A model generated the notes under the pieces. The model made no database searches. It was not told where the DNA came from and was given only the letters and a program-made list of their open reading frames with translations. Made by a program: the position numbers and the translations under genes. Positions 27,269 to 35,935 of a stretch of 50,644 nucleotides of DNA are shown in pieces. Position 1 is the first letter of the stretch. The number at the start of each line of letters is the position of its first letter. Origin of the DNA: a virus (lineage: Duplodnaviria; Caudoviricetes); the IMG/VR virus record IMGVR_UViG_3300035109_000050, positions 1 to 50,644 of that record. One strand, written 5' to 3'.

Positions 27269-27949
27269 TTAGGCGTCGCTCGGACGAACGATGATGTTTT
27301 TCTTGGCCAGCTGGGTGGTCCACTCGGCGATCTGCGCATTGGTCGCACCGGAGGGCCAGGTCAGCATCGACGACATCACCTCGGCGTCGCGGGTCGTCGC
27401 CGTCACCTTCGTCGCGGCGCCGAACGCCGTCGGGACGCCTTGCCACAGAATGGCGCGCGCGATTTGCGTGCCATCGGTCGCCGAGGCATTCAGCGGAAAG
27501 AACTCCTCGCCCGAGATCGCCGGCCGCGCCACGGTAATAAGGAACTCGTCCCCAACAGCCGCGTGAGTTGAGCCGTCCGTGATCGTGAAGCCGATTTCGC
27601 CCGCGAATGCCGTTCCGACAGCGCCGTGACCGACAATAATGCCATTTGGATCCATGACGTCGAATTCGCCGGTGGCGCCCGCGGTTCCGATGCGGATGAT
27701 ATAAGCTCCGTCTTTCGCGGCGTCGGTGAACGTCACCGAACCGGCTGCGGTGATGGTGTCGTTACAGACGTTGCCGGCGGCGGCCGCCGAAGAGATGATC
27801 GACATCTTGGCGACAACGCCGGTCACGCCGAGCACCGTGCCGGCGACAGCGGTGACGCTGGGCGGAAACAGCACCGAGTCGCGCGAAAACTCATGGCGAT
27901 CGGAGACCAAATAGCTGCCGGGACGCGGCAGCTCCAAAAGAGTGCTCAT
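27269..27949 (-). CDS. Head decoration protein (gpD-like, with insertion)
   Basis: YLVS....SRD..., AGTVLG, DGTQIARAILW, TRDAEV...LTWP.G, QLAKKNIIVR. Confidence 0.85.
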   Translation of the reverse strand: MSTLLELPRPGSYLVSDRHEFSRDSVLFPPSVTAVAGTVLGVTGVVAKMSIISSAAAAGNVCNDTITAAGSVTFTDAAKDGAYIIRIGTAGATGEFDVMDPNGIIVGHGAVGTAFAGEIGFTITDGSTHAAVGDEFLITVARPAISGEEFFPLNASATDGTQIARAILWQGVPTAFGAATKVTATTRDAEVMSSMLTWPSGATNAQIAEWTTQLAKKNIIVRPSDA

Positions 27950-27985
27950 AGGGAAGTCCTTTTGCGAGAGCTGGCGCGAACGGGC

Positions 27986-28420
27986 TTAGTGCTGACGCGG
28001 CTTGACGCCGATCTCGGCGCAAACAGCGGAAATCGCCGCGTCCCAGGGGATCGCGCCGGGGGTTCCCTGCTGTTGTTCGCCGGCCCCGGCGTCGGCGCCG
28101 ACGCTGCGGTCGAGCCGCGCGATTTCGAGCAGGCGCTCCTTGGTCGTCGGCGCGGGCGGGGCGGCGGCGGCGGGCAGCGGGATCTTGCCGGCCAGCGACG
28201 CGGCGGTCGAAACCGGGACGCCGGCCTGCAGCGCCTCGCCGAACGCGGCGGCGCGCGGGTTTTCCGGGAACAGCGTCGCCATCGCGGCGCCGATCTCGTT
28301 GAAGGCGTCGACGCGGGCCGCGCTGCGCGCGGTCGCCGAGGCCTGGGCGAGCGCCGTGTCGAGCGCCGCCTGGGTGATGACCGGGGTATCCGCGCCGGTC
28401 GCGCCGTTGTTCGCTGTCAT
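27986..28420 (-). CDS. Nested in-frame scaffolding protein (Nu3-like)
   Basis: Internal AGGAG-5nt-ATG (MTANNGATG), in frame with the protease and just after the S49 domain. Confidence 0.65.
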   Translation of the reverse strand: MTANNGATGADTPVITQAALDTALAQASATARSAARVDAFNEIGAAMATLFPENPRAAAFGEALQAGVPVSTAASLAGKIPLPAAAAPPAPTTKERLLEIARLDRSVGADAGAGEQQQGTPGAIPWDAAISAVCAEIGVKPRQH

Positions 28421-29335
28421 GTTTACTCCTAGCGAAAGGCCGCGATTTCGGCCGAATGATTTTAGATAGGCGAAGGCGGCGTCGAGGCCGCCCATTTGGT
28501 CGGCGAGGCCGGCGTCGATCGCGCTCTGGCCGATGAACACCCCGGCCTCGGTGGCGCGCACGGCGTCGGCGCTCATGCCGCGATGCGCGGCGACCGTATC
28601 GACGAACAGCCCGTAGATTTGATCGATGCGCCCCTGGATGCGCGCGCGGGCGTCGTCCGGCAGCGCCGCGTAGGGGTGACCGTCGGCCTTATAGGCGCCG
28701 GCGGTCAGCAGGGTCGGCTTAACGCCGCGCTCCGCCACTTGTTTCGAGCGATCGAGGTGCAGCCAGACGACGCCGATCGAGCCGGCGATCGAGGATTGCT
28801 GGACGAAGATGCGATTGGCGCCGGAGGCGATGGCGTAGGCCGCCGAGGCCGCCTGCGCGTTGACGACGGCGGCGACCGGCTTGGCGATCTCGCGCACCAG
28901 CGCGGCGGTCTCCATCGCGCCATGCGCCTCGCCGCCCGGCGAATCGACGTCGAGCAGAATGGCGCGCACGGCGGGGTCTTCCGCCGCGAGGCGGAGCGAC
29001 TCGGCGAGGCCCTCATAGGAGGTGAGGCCCGACGACGCGCCGATCCAGGCGCCGCGATTGACCAGCTCGCCGCGCAGGCCGATCAGCGCCACGCCGTCCT
29101 TTAGCTTGTAGGGCGTCGCCGTCTCGCCGCTGTCGAGCGCGCGCTCGCGCGGCGCGCCGACGAAGCGCGAGGCGTCGAACCCTCCGGCGCCGATGTTTCG
29201 AGCGCCGGCAAAATCCGCGAGCGGTTCGACGTCGAACCGCTCCGAAAGCGAGCCGGCGATCACCGCCGCCGTGTCCGGCGTCAGCAGCAGCGGCGTGTTG
29301 AACAGCCGCGCGGCGACGCGGGCGACAATCGGCAT
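27986..29335 (-). CDS. S49 prohead protease (lambda gpC-like) with C-terminal scaffold region
   Basis: LFNTPLL, ILLDVDSPGG, AASAAYAIASGA, GSIGV, AGAYKADG.P, AGLAD. Confidence 0.93.
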   Translation of the reverse strand: MPIVARVAARLFNTPLLLTPDTAAVIAGSLSERFDVEPLADFAGARNIGAGGFDASRFVGAPRERALDSGETATPYKLKDGVALIGLRGELVNRGAWIGASSGLTSYEGLAESLRLAAEDPAVRAILLDVDSPGGEAHGAMETAALVREIAKPVAAVVNAQAASAAYAIASGANRIFVQQSSIAGSIGVVWLHLDRSKQVAERGVKPTLLTAGAYKADGHPYAALPDDARARIQGRIDQIYGLFVDTVAAHRGMSADAVRATEAGVFIGQSAIDAGLADQMGGLDAAFAYLKSFGRNRGLSLGVNMTANNGATGADTPVITQAALDTALAQASATARSAARVDAFNEIGAAMATLFPENPRAAAFGEALQAGVPVSTAASLAGKIPLPAAAAPPAPTTKERLLEIARLDRSVGADAGAGEQQQGTPGAIPWDAAISAVCAEIGVKPRQH

Positions 29336-29357
29336 GGGCGCGGGGCTCCGAATGGGG

Positions 29358-31040
29358 TTAGGCGGCTTGTTTCGCGCCGCGCTCTTCGGGGTTCTCGTTG
29401 CGGGCGAATTTGTCGCTTTGCACCGATTGCACCACCGACTGGCGGGTCAGGCCGCGCGCTTTTAGTTCTTCGTCCTCGAACTGCAGTTGGTCGAGGGTAT
29501 CGATGAAATCGAGGCCCTGGTCGGCCTGCTCGATCTCCAGCGTCGAGGTCAGCGTCTCCATCCGCAGGCCGGCCGATTCGGCCTCCTTGACCGGATCGAT
29601 GTAGCCGCGGCCCGGGCCGATGTAGCGGAACTGCGCCCAGGCGGCCGGCATGTCCCAAAAGTCCGGCGCGCCCTTGGGGGCGGCCACATAGCCGCGGTCA
29701 AACGCCTCCTCGAGGACGGCGAGATAAATCGGCGCGACATACTGCTCGGCGAACACCGACTGCATGCGCTTGATCATCCGCCAGACTTCGTTCAGCGCGG
29801 CGCGGGCGCTGGAATAATTGGTCTGCGACCAGTCGTGCGACAACTGCTCGTAGGATATGCCGAGCCGCGAGGCGATCTTGCGCAAAAACGCGGTCTGGAA
29901 CTGGCCGAACGCCGCCGTGCCGCGCGGCGTGCTGTTCATTTTCATGCCCGTGCCGGGCGGCAGCACCGCCGCGCGCACGCCGCCAATCGCATAGGGGTTC
30001 TTCTCGAAGTGATCAATCACTCGGTCGAGGTAATCGGCGCGCACCGTGCCGGCATCGCCGCGACGCGGGCCGGCGAGGCGATCGGCGATCTCGTCGGTCG
30101 GTAGGTCCGATTCGATCGTCGCGGTGAACAGCGAATTGGCGACGGCGTTGGCGAGCTCGGTGTCGCTGTGCTTGCCGAGCATGCGCAGCAGCCCGACCAG
30201 CGCCGCGAACGGCGTCACCGCGCGGGTCTGGTCCTCGCGCTCGGGCTCATAGGCATGGATGAAGATCGGGCGACCCCACGCGGTCTCGCGCTCGATCCGC
30301 TTCCAGGTCATCGCCTCGACGCTGTTCCACCAGTCGGCGAGATGCGCCTCGCGGATGTGATAGGCGACCGGCGTGCCGCCGTCGGCGGCGAATTCGACCC
30401 CGCCGCGCAGATTGGGCCGGGGCGGCATGTTATAGGGGTTGCACAGCCGGTCGGGGTCGATCGGCTGCACGCAAGTGGCGTAGCGCGACCCCTGGGCGAC
30501 GCGGGCCTCGTCGTAGCCGAGGATGGCGCAGGCCTCGGCGCCGGTGGCGATGGTGCGGCCGGCCTGGCGCAGAATGCCGTTGAACGACATGCGGCGGTGG
30601 CGGTCGCAGAACTTGCGCGGATCGCGCGAGAACAGCCGAAATTCGCTGCGCATGACGCGGGCGAGATCGCGCGCGACAGCCGGATCAATGCCGAGCGCGC
30701 GGGCGTCGGGGGTCGGAACGATCTGCCAGCCGTCGCCGACCAGCATGTCGACCAGCCGGTCGACGCCGGCCCCGGCGGAGGGGTCGTTGCGCACCAGGTC
30801 GCGGGCGCGGTCGAGCGACAGCCGCTGCTCATAGAGCGTGCCGGAATCGCCTGACGTGTAGCGCGGAAAATAGCTGGCCAGATCCTGCGTGGTGTGGCCG
30901 GCGGATTTATAGGCCGAGCGGATCGGCGAGCCCATCACGCCAGGGCCGATGACCGTCGCCGGACCCGCCGCCGAGGCCTTGAACTTGCCGGCCCAGCCGG
31001 ACGAGGCCGCCGGGGTCTGGCCGCCGATCTTCGCGAACAT
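29358..31040 (-). CDS. Portal protein, lambda family
   Basis: RARDLVRND, IDPDRLCNP, GGVE....PVAYHI, ER.DQTR.V..FA, GISYEQLS.DWS..NYSSARA, YIDPVKE. Confidence 0.95.
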   Translation of the reverse strand: MFAKIGGQTPAASSGWAGKFKASAAGPATVIGPGVMGSPIRSAYKSAGHTTQDLASYFPRYTSGDSGTLYEQRLSLDRARDLVRNDPSAGAGVDRLVDMLVGDGWQIVPTPDARALGIDPAVARDLARVMRSEFRLFSRDPRKFCDRHRRMSFNGILRQAGRTIATGAEACAILGYDEARVAQGSRYATCVQPIDPDRLCNPYNMPPRPNLRGGVEFAADGGTPVAYHIREAHLADWWNSVEAMTWKRIERETAWGRPIFIHAYEPEREDQTRAVTPFAALVGLLRMLGKHSDTELANAVANSLFTATIESDLPTDEIADRLAGPRRGDAGTVRADYLDRVIDHFEKNPYAIGGVRAAVLPPGTGMKMNSTPRGTAAFGQFQTAFLRKIASRLGISYEQLSHDWSQTNYSSARAALNEVWRMIKRMQSVFAEQYVAPIYLAVLEEAFDRGYVAAPKGAPDFWDMPAAWAQFRYIGPGRGYIDPVKEAESAGLRMETLTSTLEIEQADQGLDFIDTLDQLQFEDEELKARGLTRQSVVQSVQSDKFARNENPEERGAKQAA

Positions 31041-31054
31041 TCAGCCGATCCCGG

Positions 31055-31303
31055 TTAAAACGTAAATCCGACGCCGCTGGGGCGGCCCCGGCCGGCGATC
31101 TGGTTTTCGAGACGGCCGATATAGGCGCGCAGCTTGTCGGCGTCGGCGATGCGATATTTCGTCATATAGCCGTCGGCGACGATCTCGACGACGGCGGCGC
31201 CGGTCATCAGGTCCTGATAGGCCTGCCGCGCGTCGATCAGCCAGCCCTGCAAGGTGGCTAGCGGCGTTTGCGGGACGTTGGCCCAGCCTTCGGAATAGCT
31301 CAT
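31055..31303 (-). CDS. gpW-like head completion protein
   Basis: L.DARQAY.DLMTG..VV......Y..AD..KLRAYI.RLE.QI; upstream of the portal gene. Confidence 0.85.
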   Translation of the reverse strand: MSYSEGWANVPQTPLATLQGWLIDARQAYQDLMTGAAVVEIVADGYMTKYRIADADKLRAYIGRLENQIAGRGRPSGVGFTF

Positions 31304-31329
31304 CGGGCGCGTTCCAATGTCGAAAGCGT

Positions 31330-32301
31330 GGCGGGCGACGGGCTTGGCCCCTACGGTCTTACCGTCCTCAATGAGTGCTGGCGGCCTCGCGAGCCGGACC
31401 AGATCGCCCTGGGTATTTCTGAACGGGAGCGCCTAGCGCCTCTTGGGTGGTCGTCGCCCGTGGACGCTAGGCATACCGGCATCGTTTCCGGCTTTCCGGC
31501 CTTCGTTGTTCTGGATTAACGCCCCGGCCCGGCGCACCGTCTGGTGAATGAACCCGCGGCTGCATTTTCGGCTGCCCGCGACTGGACCCGTGACCACTGA
31601 GAATGCGTCGTCACCGACCATTGGCTTTCGAGCGGGCCGGGCGCTAACCGGCTTTCCGCAATCCCCGGTGCTAGGCCCGCGCACCGTAGCGCCTATCGCG
31701 CCCCGGATTTTGCAAAGCCGTTGATTTCAGCCGTTGAAGATACGGGGACCATAACCGCGTGTCTGCTTTCCACGCCGCCGCTCGAAACTTGGTTGCCCAT
31801 TTGGGCTAATTTTCGCGCTTGCGGCCTCCTGTGGGAGCGCCGGCGCGCGGGTTCTTCGCTTTCGCTCGCCGGGAGAAAACCCGAAAGCTCCCGGGCCGCT
31901 AGGAACCGGCTTCACGGTCCTGCGCAAAGTTGTGGCACTCTCTCCACCCGTCACCGCGCGGCCGGGCCTGCAAGGCCTTGCGGTTCACCCATCTACGACC
32001 CCCGGCTGGAGGAGACCCTTAATCCCTCTAATGGTCTCATTGTCGCTTTACCGCCGCCGATTTCCGCGAGGGCGGTCATCGTTGAGCGTAGGGAGACAAA
32101 AGCTCGCTCGAAACTTCGCTCGCGACCCATTCGCCGCGAGCAGGCGTCAACCGCGTGACGCGCGCCTACTCCCAACCCTGTCCGGCTTTCCCCTCGTGGT
32201 CGGGCCGGCTTTGCCTTCGGTTGGTTTCGCTCTGGGATTCACGAAAAAGCGCCGGCTTGTCCGATTGCTTCCCTGTCGAAGGCGCGGCGATGACGCCCGC
32301 C
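31330..32301 (-). ncRNA. Candidate giant structured ncRNA (~970 nt) with embedded tRNA-like domain
   Basis: 1.07-kb gap in an otherwise gapless operon. Terminal helix 32294-32301/31330-31337. Nested helices 31961-31968/31526-31533, 31846-31854/31550-31558 and 31778-31787/31626-31635. Many local hairpins and GAAA-type motifs. Confidence 0.7.
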
Positions 32302-32375
32302 CCTCTTATCGATCGGACCGTGTTTGCGCTGCTGGCCGGCCAGATCAGCGGGAGGCCGAGGGGCTGGGAAAGGCG

Positions 32376-34418
32376 TTAGTCTTGGGCGTTCAACGCGGCG
32401 AGCCGCGCGAACGGGTCGCGCCGCTCGGGCGGTTTCTCGGGCTCTCGCGGCGGCGCCGGCGGCCTCGCGGCTTCGGGCTCAGCGGCGTCCTGCGCCAGCC
32501 GCGGCGCGAACAGCCCGTCGGCGATGGCCTCTTGCGGCATGCCGCGCCGCTTGGCGAGCAGCGCCCATTCGTCGTCGGTCGTCGACGACAGGCCGAGATA
32601 TTCGGCCAGCGCCATGTTGTAAATCCGCGCATCCAACAGATGGTTGTCGCGCTCGCTCGACGTGATCTTCCAGATCCGGCGCGGCCGGCCGCGATAGGTC
32701 TCGGTGGCGAGATATTCCGCCGTGATCTGGCGAAAATAGTTTTCGTCGAGCCAGTCCGGGAAGTGGCAATAGCCGCCGGGGTCCTCGGCCTGTCCGGAAC
32801 GCCGGCCCAGCTTGCCGAGATCGGCGTAGAACGCGCCCTTGAGCGGCCAGGTGCCGATCGGCCACAGCTTGACGCCCTTCTTGACCTTCTGCCCGGCGAG
32901 ATTGATGTCGACCAGGCTCGGCGTGCCGATCGCCGGCTTGCCCCAGCCGTCGCGGCCGTCGATCGCCAGCACCGTGTCCTGGCCGGTGTCGGGATGGAGC
33001 CGCTGGTTGGAGCGGACCCAGGCGTAGACGATATGGCTGCGATAGCCGGAATCCACCGCCAGCGCGTCGAGCCGGCGCGTCCCGCCGAACGCGTCGGGGA
33101 AGTCGCGGTCGAGCGTGGCGCTTTTCAGCTTTTCGAATGCCTCGCCGTCGACCGATTCGGTCGAGCCGTCACAGTAGAACGCGTCGATGGTCCAGGTCTC
33201 GCGGTTCGGCGCGATGGCGATGATCTCGCACCAGATGCCGCGCATCTGCACGTCGGCGGCCGCGACCAGCATCAGGCCGCGCGCGGGGATGTGACCCTTG
33301 CGGAGCCCTTCCTCGCGCCGCTCCATCAGACGCGCCCAGTCCGGCGCGTCGCCCTTGAACAGGTGCGGCAGGCCGAGCGTCAGGTTGGAGAAGTCCTTGA
33401 GGCCGGTTTCGCCCTTCTTCTTGAGCTTGAGCCAATCCTCGGCGATGGCCTCGTAGCTCATCATCAGCGAGATGAAGGCGTCGATGTGGAACCCAGGATG
33501 ACGGTCGGGCCCCGATGCGGTTGGGCGCCACTCGCCGGCGCGGATCATCGCGACGCGGGCGAGATCGTCGATCACCCCGCCGCAGGCCTGGCAGACGTAG
33601 TGCGAGCGCGCCGGATTGGCCTCGTCGACGACGAGATGGCGGAACTCATGGACAAAATATTCGCCGCATTGCGGGCAGGGACAGTGCCAGAACCGCATGT
33701 CGGAGCGGCGAAAGCTGCGGTCGATCCGGCAATGGCCGGGGGCGTCGCCGAGCGGGTCGCCGGAATCGACCTCCGGGGTCGATATTTCGAGGATTTTCCA
33801 GTTGCGGCGACGGCGGAACGCGGTGAAACGGCCGAAATACAAGGTTTCCGGATCGCCGAAGCCGGGGATGTCGTCCCATTTCGATAATTCGTCCTTGACG
33901 CCCTTCTTGGCGGTCTTGGACGAGAGGTCCATCACGGTGTTGGCGTTGCCGAGCCACAGCCGGCCGCGCGAAAACACCTTTTCGTAGGTTGTCGAGCCGG
34001 TCGCTGAGCGCGAGGTCTGCGGCTCGATGACGACGCGGCCCGCGCGCTTTTGCCAGGCGTCGATCAGCGGCTGCAGCTTGCCGCTGTTGAGGTCGCGCAG
34101 CGCGTCGATGCCGGGGACGGCGTAGAGCGTATTGGCCGGCTCGCGATCGGCGATGTAGAGGCACCAGCCGAGCGCCAGGATCGACGCGCCGGACTGCTGC
34201 GATTTGCGCACCGTGACCAGGTTGCTGGGGTGGTCGTCGCCGAGGCAGTCGGCGATCTCGGTGAGGTAGGGCGCGCCCTTGCGGTTCCACAGTTGGCCGG
34301 CTTGCGGGCCGTCGACCAGTTCGAGGTTTTGCTCCAGCCACAGCGACAGCGGCTGCGGCGGGAGCGGCTTGAGGCGCTCGGCCAGCGCGTCGAGCACGGC
34401 AGCGGCGCCGGCGCTCAT
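32376..34418 (-). CDS. terL: Terminase large subunit (lambda gpA family)
   Basis: PYLTEI.D.L, VRKSQQSGAS (Walker A), KDE, ISTP, CPCPQCGE, GFHID, AAADVQ, AVDSGY, NHLLD. Confidence 0.95.
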   Translation of the reverse strand: MSAGAAAVLDALAERLKPLPPQPLSLWLEQNLELVDGPQAGQLWNRKGAPYLTEIADCLGDDHPSNLVTVRKSQQSGASILALGWCLYIADREPANTLYAVPGIDALRDLNSGKLQPLIDAWQKRAGRVVIEPQTSRSATGSTTYEKVFSRGRLWLGNANTVMDLSSKTAKKGVKDELSKWDDIPGFGDPETLYFGRFTAFRRRRNWKILEISTPEVDSGDPLGDAPGHCRIDRSFRRSDMRFWHCPCPQCGEYFVHEFRHLVVDEANPARSHYVCQACGGVIDDLARVAMIRAGEWRPTASGPDRHPGFHIDAFISLMMSYEAIAEDWLKLKKKGETGLKDFSNLTLGLPHLFKGDAPDWARLMERREEGLRKGHIPARGLMLVAAADVQMRGIWCEIIAIAPNRETWTIDAFYCDGSTESVDGEAFEKLKSATLDRDFPDAFGGTRRLDALAVDSGYRSHIVYAWVRSNQRLHPDTGQDTVLAIDGRDGWGKPAIGTPSLVDINLAGQKVKKGVKLWPIGTWPLKGAFYADLGKLGRRSGQAEDPGGYCHFPDWLDENYFRQITAEYLATETYRGRPRRIWKITSSERDNHLLDARIYNMALAEYLGLSSTTDDEWALLAKRRGMPQEAIADGLFAPRLAQDAAEPEAARPPAPPREPEKPPERRDPFARLAALNAQD

Positions 34419-35032
34419 TGCGTGGTTTTGGGCGCGCTTTCGACCAGGCCGGCGCGCATCATCTCGGCCTCTCCGGCAAGCGCCGCGGCGATCTCGGCGA
34501 GGACGGTCGCGCCGAGCTTTTTAAGCGCCGTGGCGAGCCCGCGTCCCCCATCGCGGGCGACGACGGCGGCGAGATCGTCGGCGTGGTCGTCGAGATGGTC
34601 AAGCGCGTCCTGAATCTTGGCGGCGGCGCGGTCGTAGCCCTCGGCGACGGCGGCGGTGTCGATCAGCCGGCCCTTGATCTGGTCGAGCTCGATGCGGCGA
34701 CGCTCGGTCTCGATCCAGGTCTTTTGGCGGAGCGCTTCGTCATAGGTCTCGGAGGAGTCGCCGCCGCTGTTTTGGGCCTCGGCGCGGCGCGGGGCCTGCG
34801 CCTTGGATGGATCGTCGTAGCGGCCGCGCAGCGTGTCGTATTCGGCCACGTTGAAACGAGCGACGCGGCCCTGGCTGTCAAGCTCGACGGTCAGCCCATG
34901 CTGCTCGCGAAACCGTTTGACCCGGACCGAGACCACCGGCTTCGACACGCCGTCGCGCGTGGCCACGTCGGCGATCGTCAGCATCACGGCGCGGGGGCTG
35001 GCGTTAGCGCCGTTAGGGGCTTCCGTTAGCAT
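34415..35032 (-). CDS. terS: Terminase small subunit (Nu1-like)
   Basis: N-terminal HTH (TIADVATRDGVSKPVVS), IELDQIKGRLID; ATGA overlap with terL. True start may be the ATG at 34984. Confidence 0.8.
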   Translation of the reverse strand: MLTEAPNGANASPRAVMLTIADVATRDGVSKPVVSVRVKRFREQHGLTVELDSQGRVARFNVAEYDTLRGRYDDPSKAQAPRRAEAQNSGGDSSETYDEALRQKTWIETERRRIELDQIKGRLIDTAAVAEGYDRAAAKIQDALDHLDDHADDLAAVVARDGGRGLATALKKLGATVLAEIAAALAGEAEMMRAGLVESAPKTTQ

Positions 35033-35125
35033 CGTTAGCCCTGATTTTAGAGCAGCCCGACTGGAAAAACCGCGAATGCCACCGGGGCCGCCGGGCGAGG
35101 GAGGGGGCGGGAAGGACCCGCTGCT
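35002..35125. promoter_or_regulatory. Candidate cos/packaging region
   Basis: Gap directly upstream of terS, where lambdoid cos sites lie; four CGTTAG repeats at 35002, 35011, 35024, 35033. Confidence 0.45.
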
Positions 35126-35686
35126 TCACGGAACGCCGATGGCATTGGAGAGGCGCGCGACGATGGCCTTTGGGACTTCCTGGGCGGCGGCGAGTTCGAA
35201 GGTTCGTGGGACTTGCGAGCCCGGCGTCAGGCCGAGGAACTCGCGGGCGAGGTTCGGGCCGTGCAGCGCGCGGATCGGATAGCGCTTCGCCCCGACGCGC
35301 GCCACGAAGCCTTCGGTGTTGCGGTCCGACTTCTTGCGATTGTCCTGAAACGACCGGGCGAACACGCGCGGGACGCCCCAGGGAGCGGCCTTGACCCCGG
35401 ACGCGGTGGCCCTCGCCTTGAACTCCGCCAGATCAATCGGTTCGTTCTTGGCGAAGATCGTGAAGCAGGGGTGGCCGACGCTGGGCTCGGTTTTCAGCGT
35501 GCGACTGGTGATCGTGGCGTATTTCGCCGGCCGCGTCTGGGCCTGGAGCTGCTTACGAAGCCGCGTGAAAACCTTGCGGCCGCCGTCGCTCAAACCCCCG
35601 ACGATGGCCAACTGGACCGACTTCTCCAGCTTGCGGAAGCGGCCTTTTTGATCCTCGAATCCAACCTTGAGAACGAAGCCGCCCAT
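35126..35686 (-). CDS. Lambda gpZ-like minor tail/neck protein
   Basis: Basic protein; PIDLAEF.AR....GV...PWG...F..SF, FVARVG..RYPI..L.GP; TGATG-coupled start. Confidence 0.6.
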   Translation of the reverse strand: MGGFVLKVGFEDQKGRFRKLEKSVQLAIVGGLSDGGRKVFTRLRKQLQAQTRPAKYATITSRTLKTEPSVGHPCFTIFAKNEPIDLAEFKARATASGVKAAPWGVPRVFARSFQDNRKKSDRNTEGFVARVGAKRYPIRALHGPNLAREFLGLTPGSQVPRTFELAAAQEVPKAIVARLSNAIGVP

Positions 35687-35862
35687 CACCGCCCCGCCGC
35701 GCGTTTCAGCCGCGCCTTGGCGGCGCCCAAACCGGCGCGGAGGTCCTGCGCGCCGCTTTGGAAATTGAACCGAGCCGCCGGCGCGACCTGTGACAGATCG
35801 CCCTTAACGACGGCGCGCGCAGCGTCGACGATCGCGCGGCGGCGCTGGGCGCATCGGCACAT
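35686..35862 (-). CDS. 58-aa hypothetical protein (CxC..RR)
   Basis: MCRCAQRRRAIVDAARAVVKGD...; GAGG RBS; stop overlaps the next ATG. Confidence 0.55.
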   Translation of the reverse strand: MCRCAQRRRAIVDAARAVVKGDLSQVAPAARFNFQSGAQDLRAGLGAAKARLKRAAGR

Positions 35863-35935
35863 TTCGCGCCTCGATTTTTAGGGAAGATCGAAAGCCGCCA
35901 TTGCGGCGGCACTGGACCGGGATTTACCCCGTCCT

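Noticed and set aside
31304-32375. Small ORFs in the terL-gpW gap (31268..31519, 31433..31684, 31721..32158, 31727..31954, 31993..32175)
   Set aside because: No convincing RBS, no coupling to neighbours, no recognisable motifs, and R/P/G-rich composition typical of shadow ORFs.
31304-32375. Group I/II intron or IS element
   Set aside because: Both flanking genes are intact. No reverse transcriptase, homing endonuclease or transposase, and no clear domain V, terminal IRs or target duplication seen by eye. A covariance search is needed to exclude it fully.
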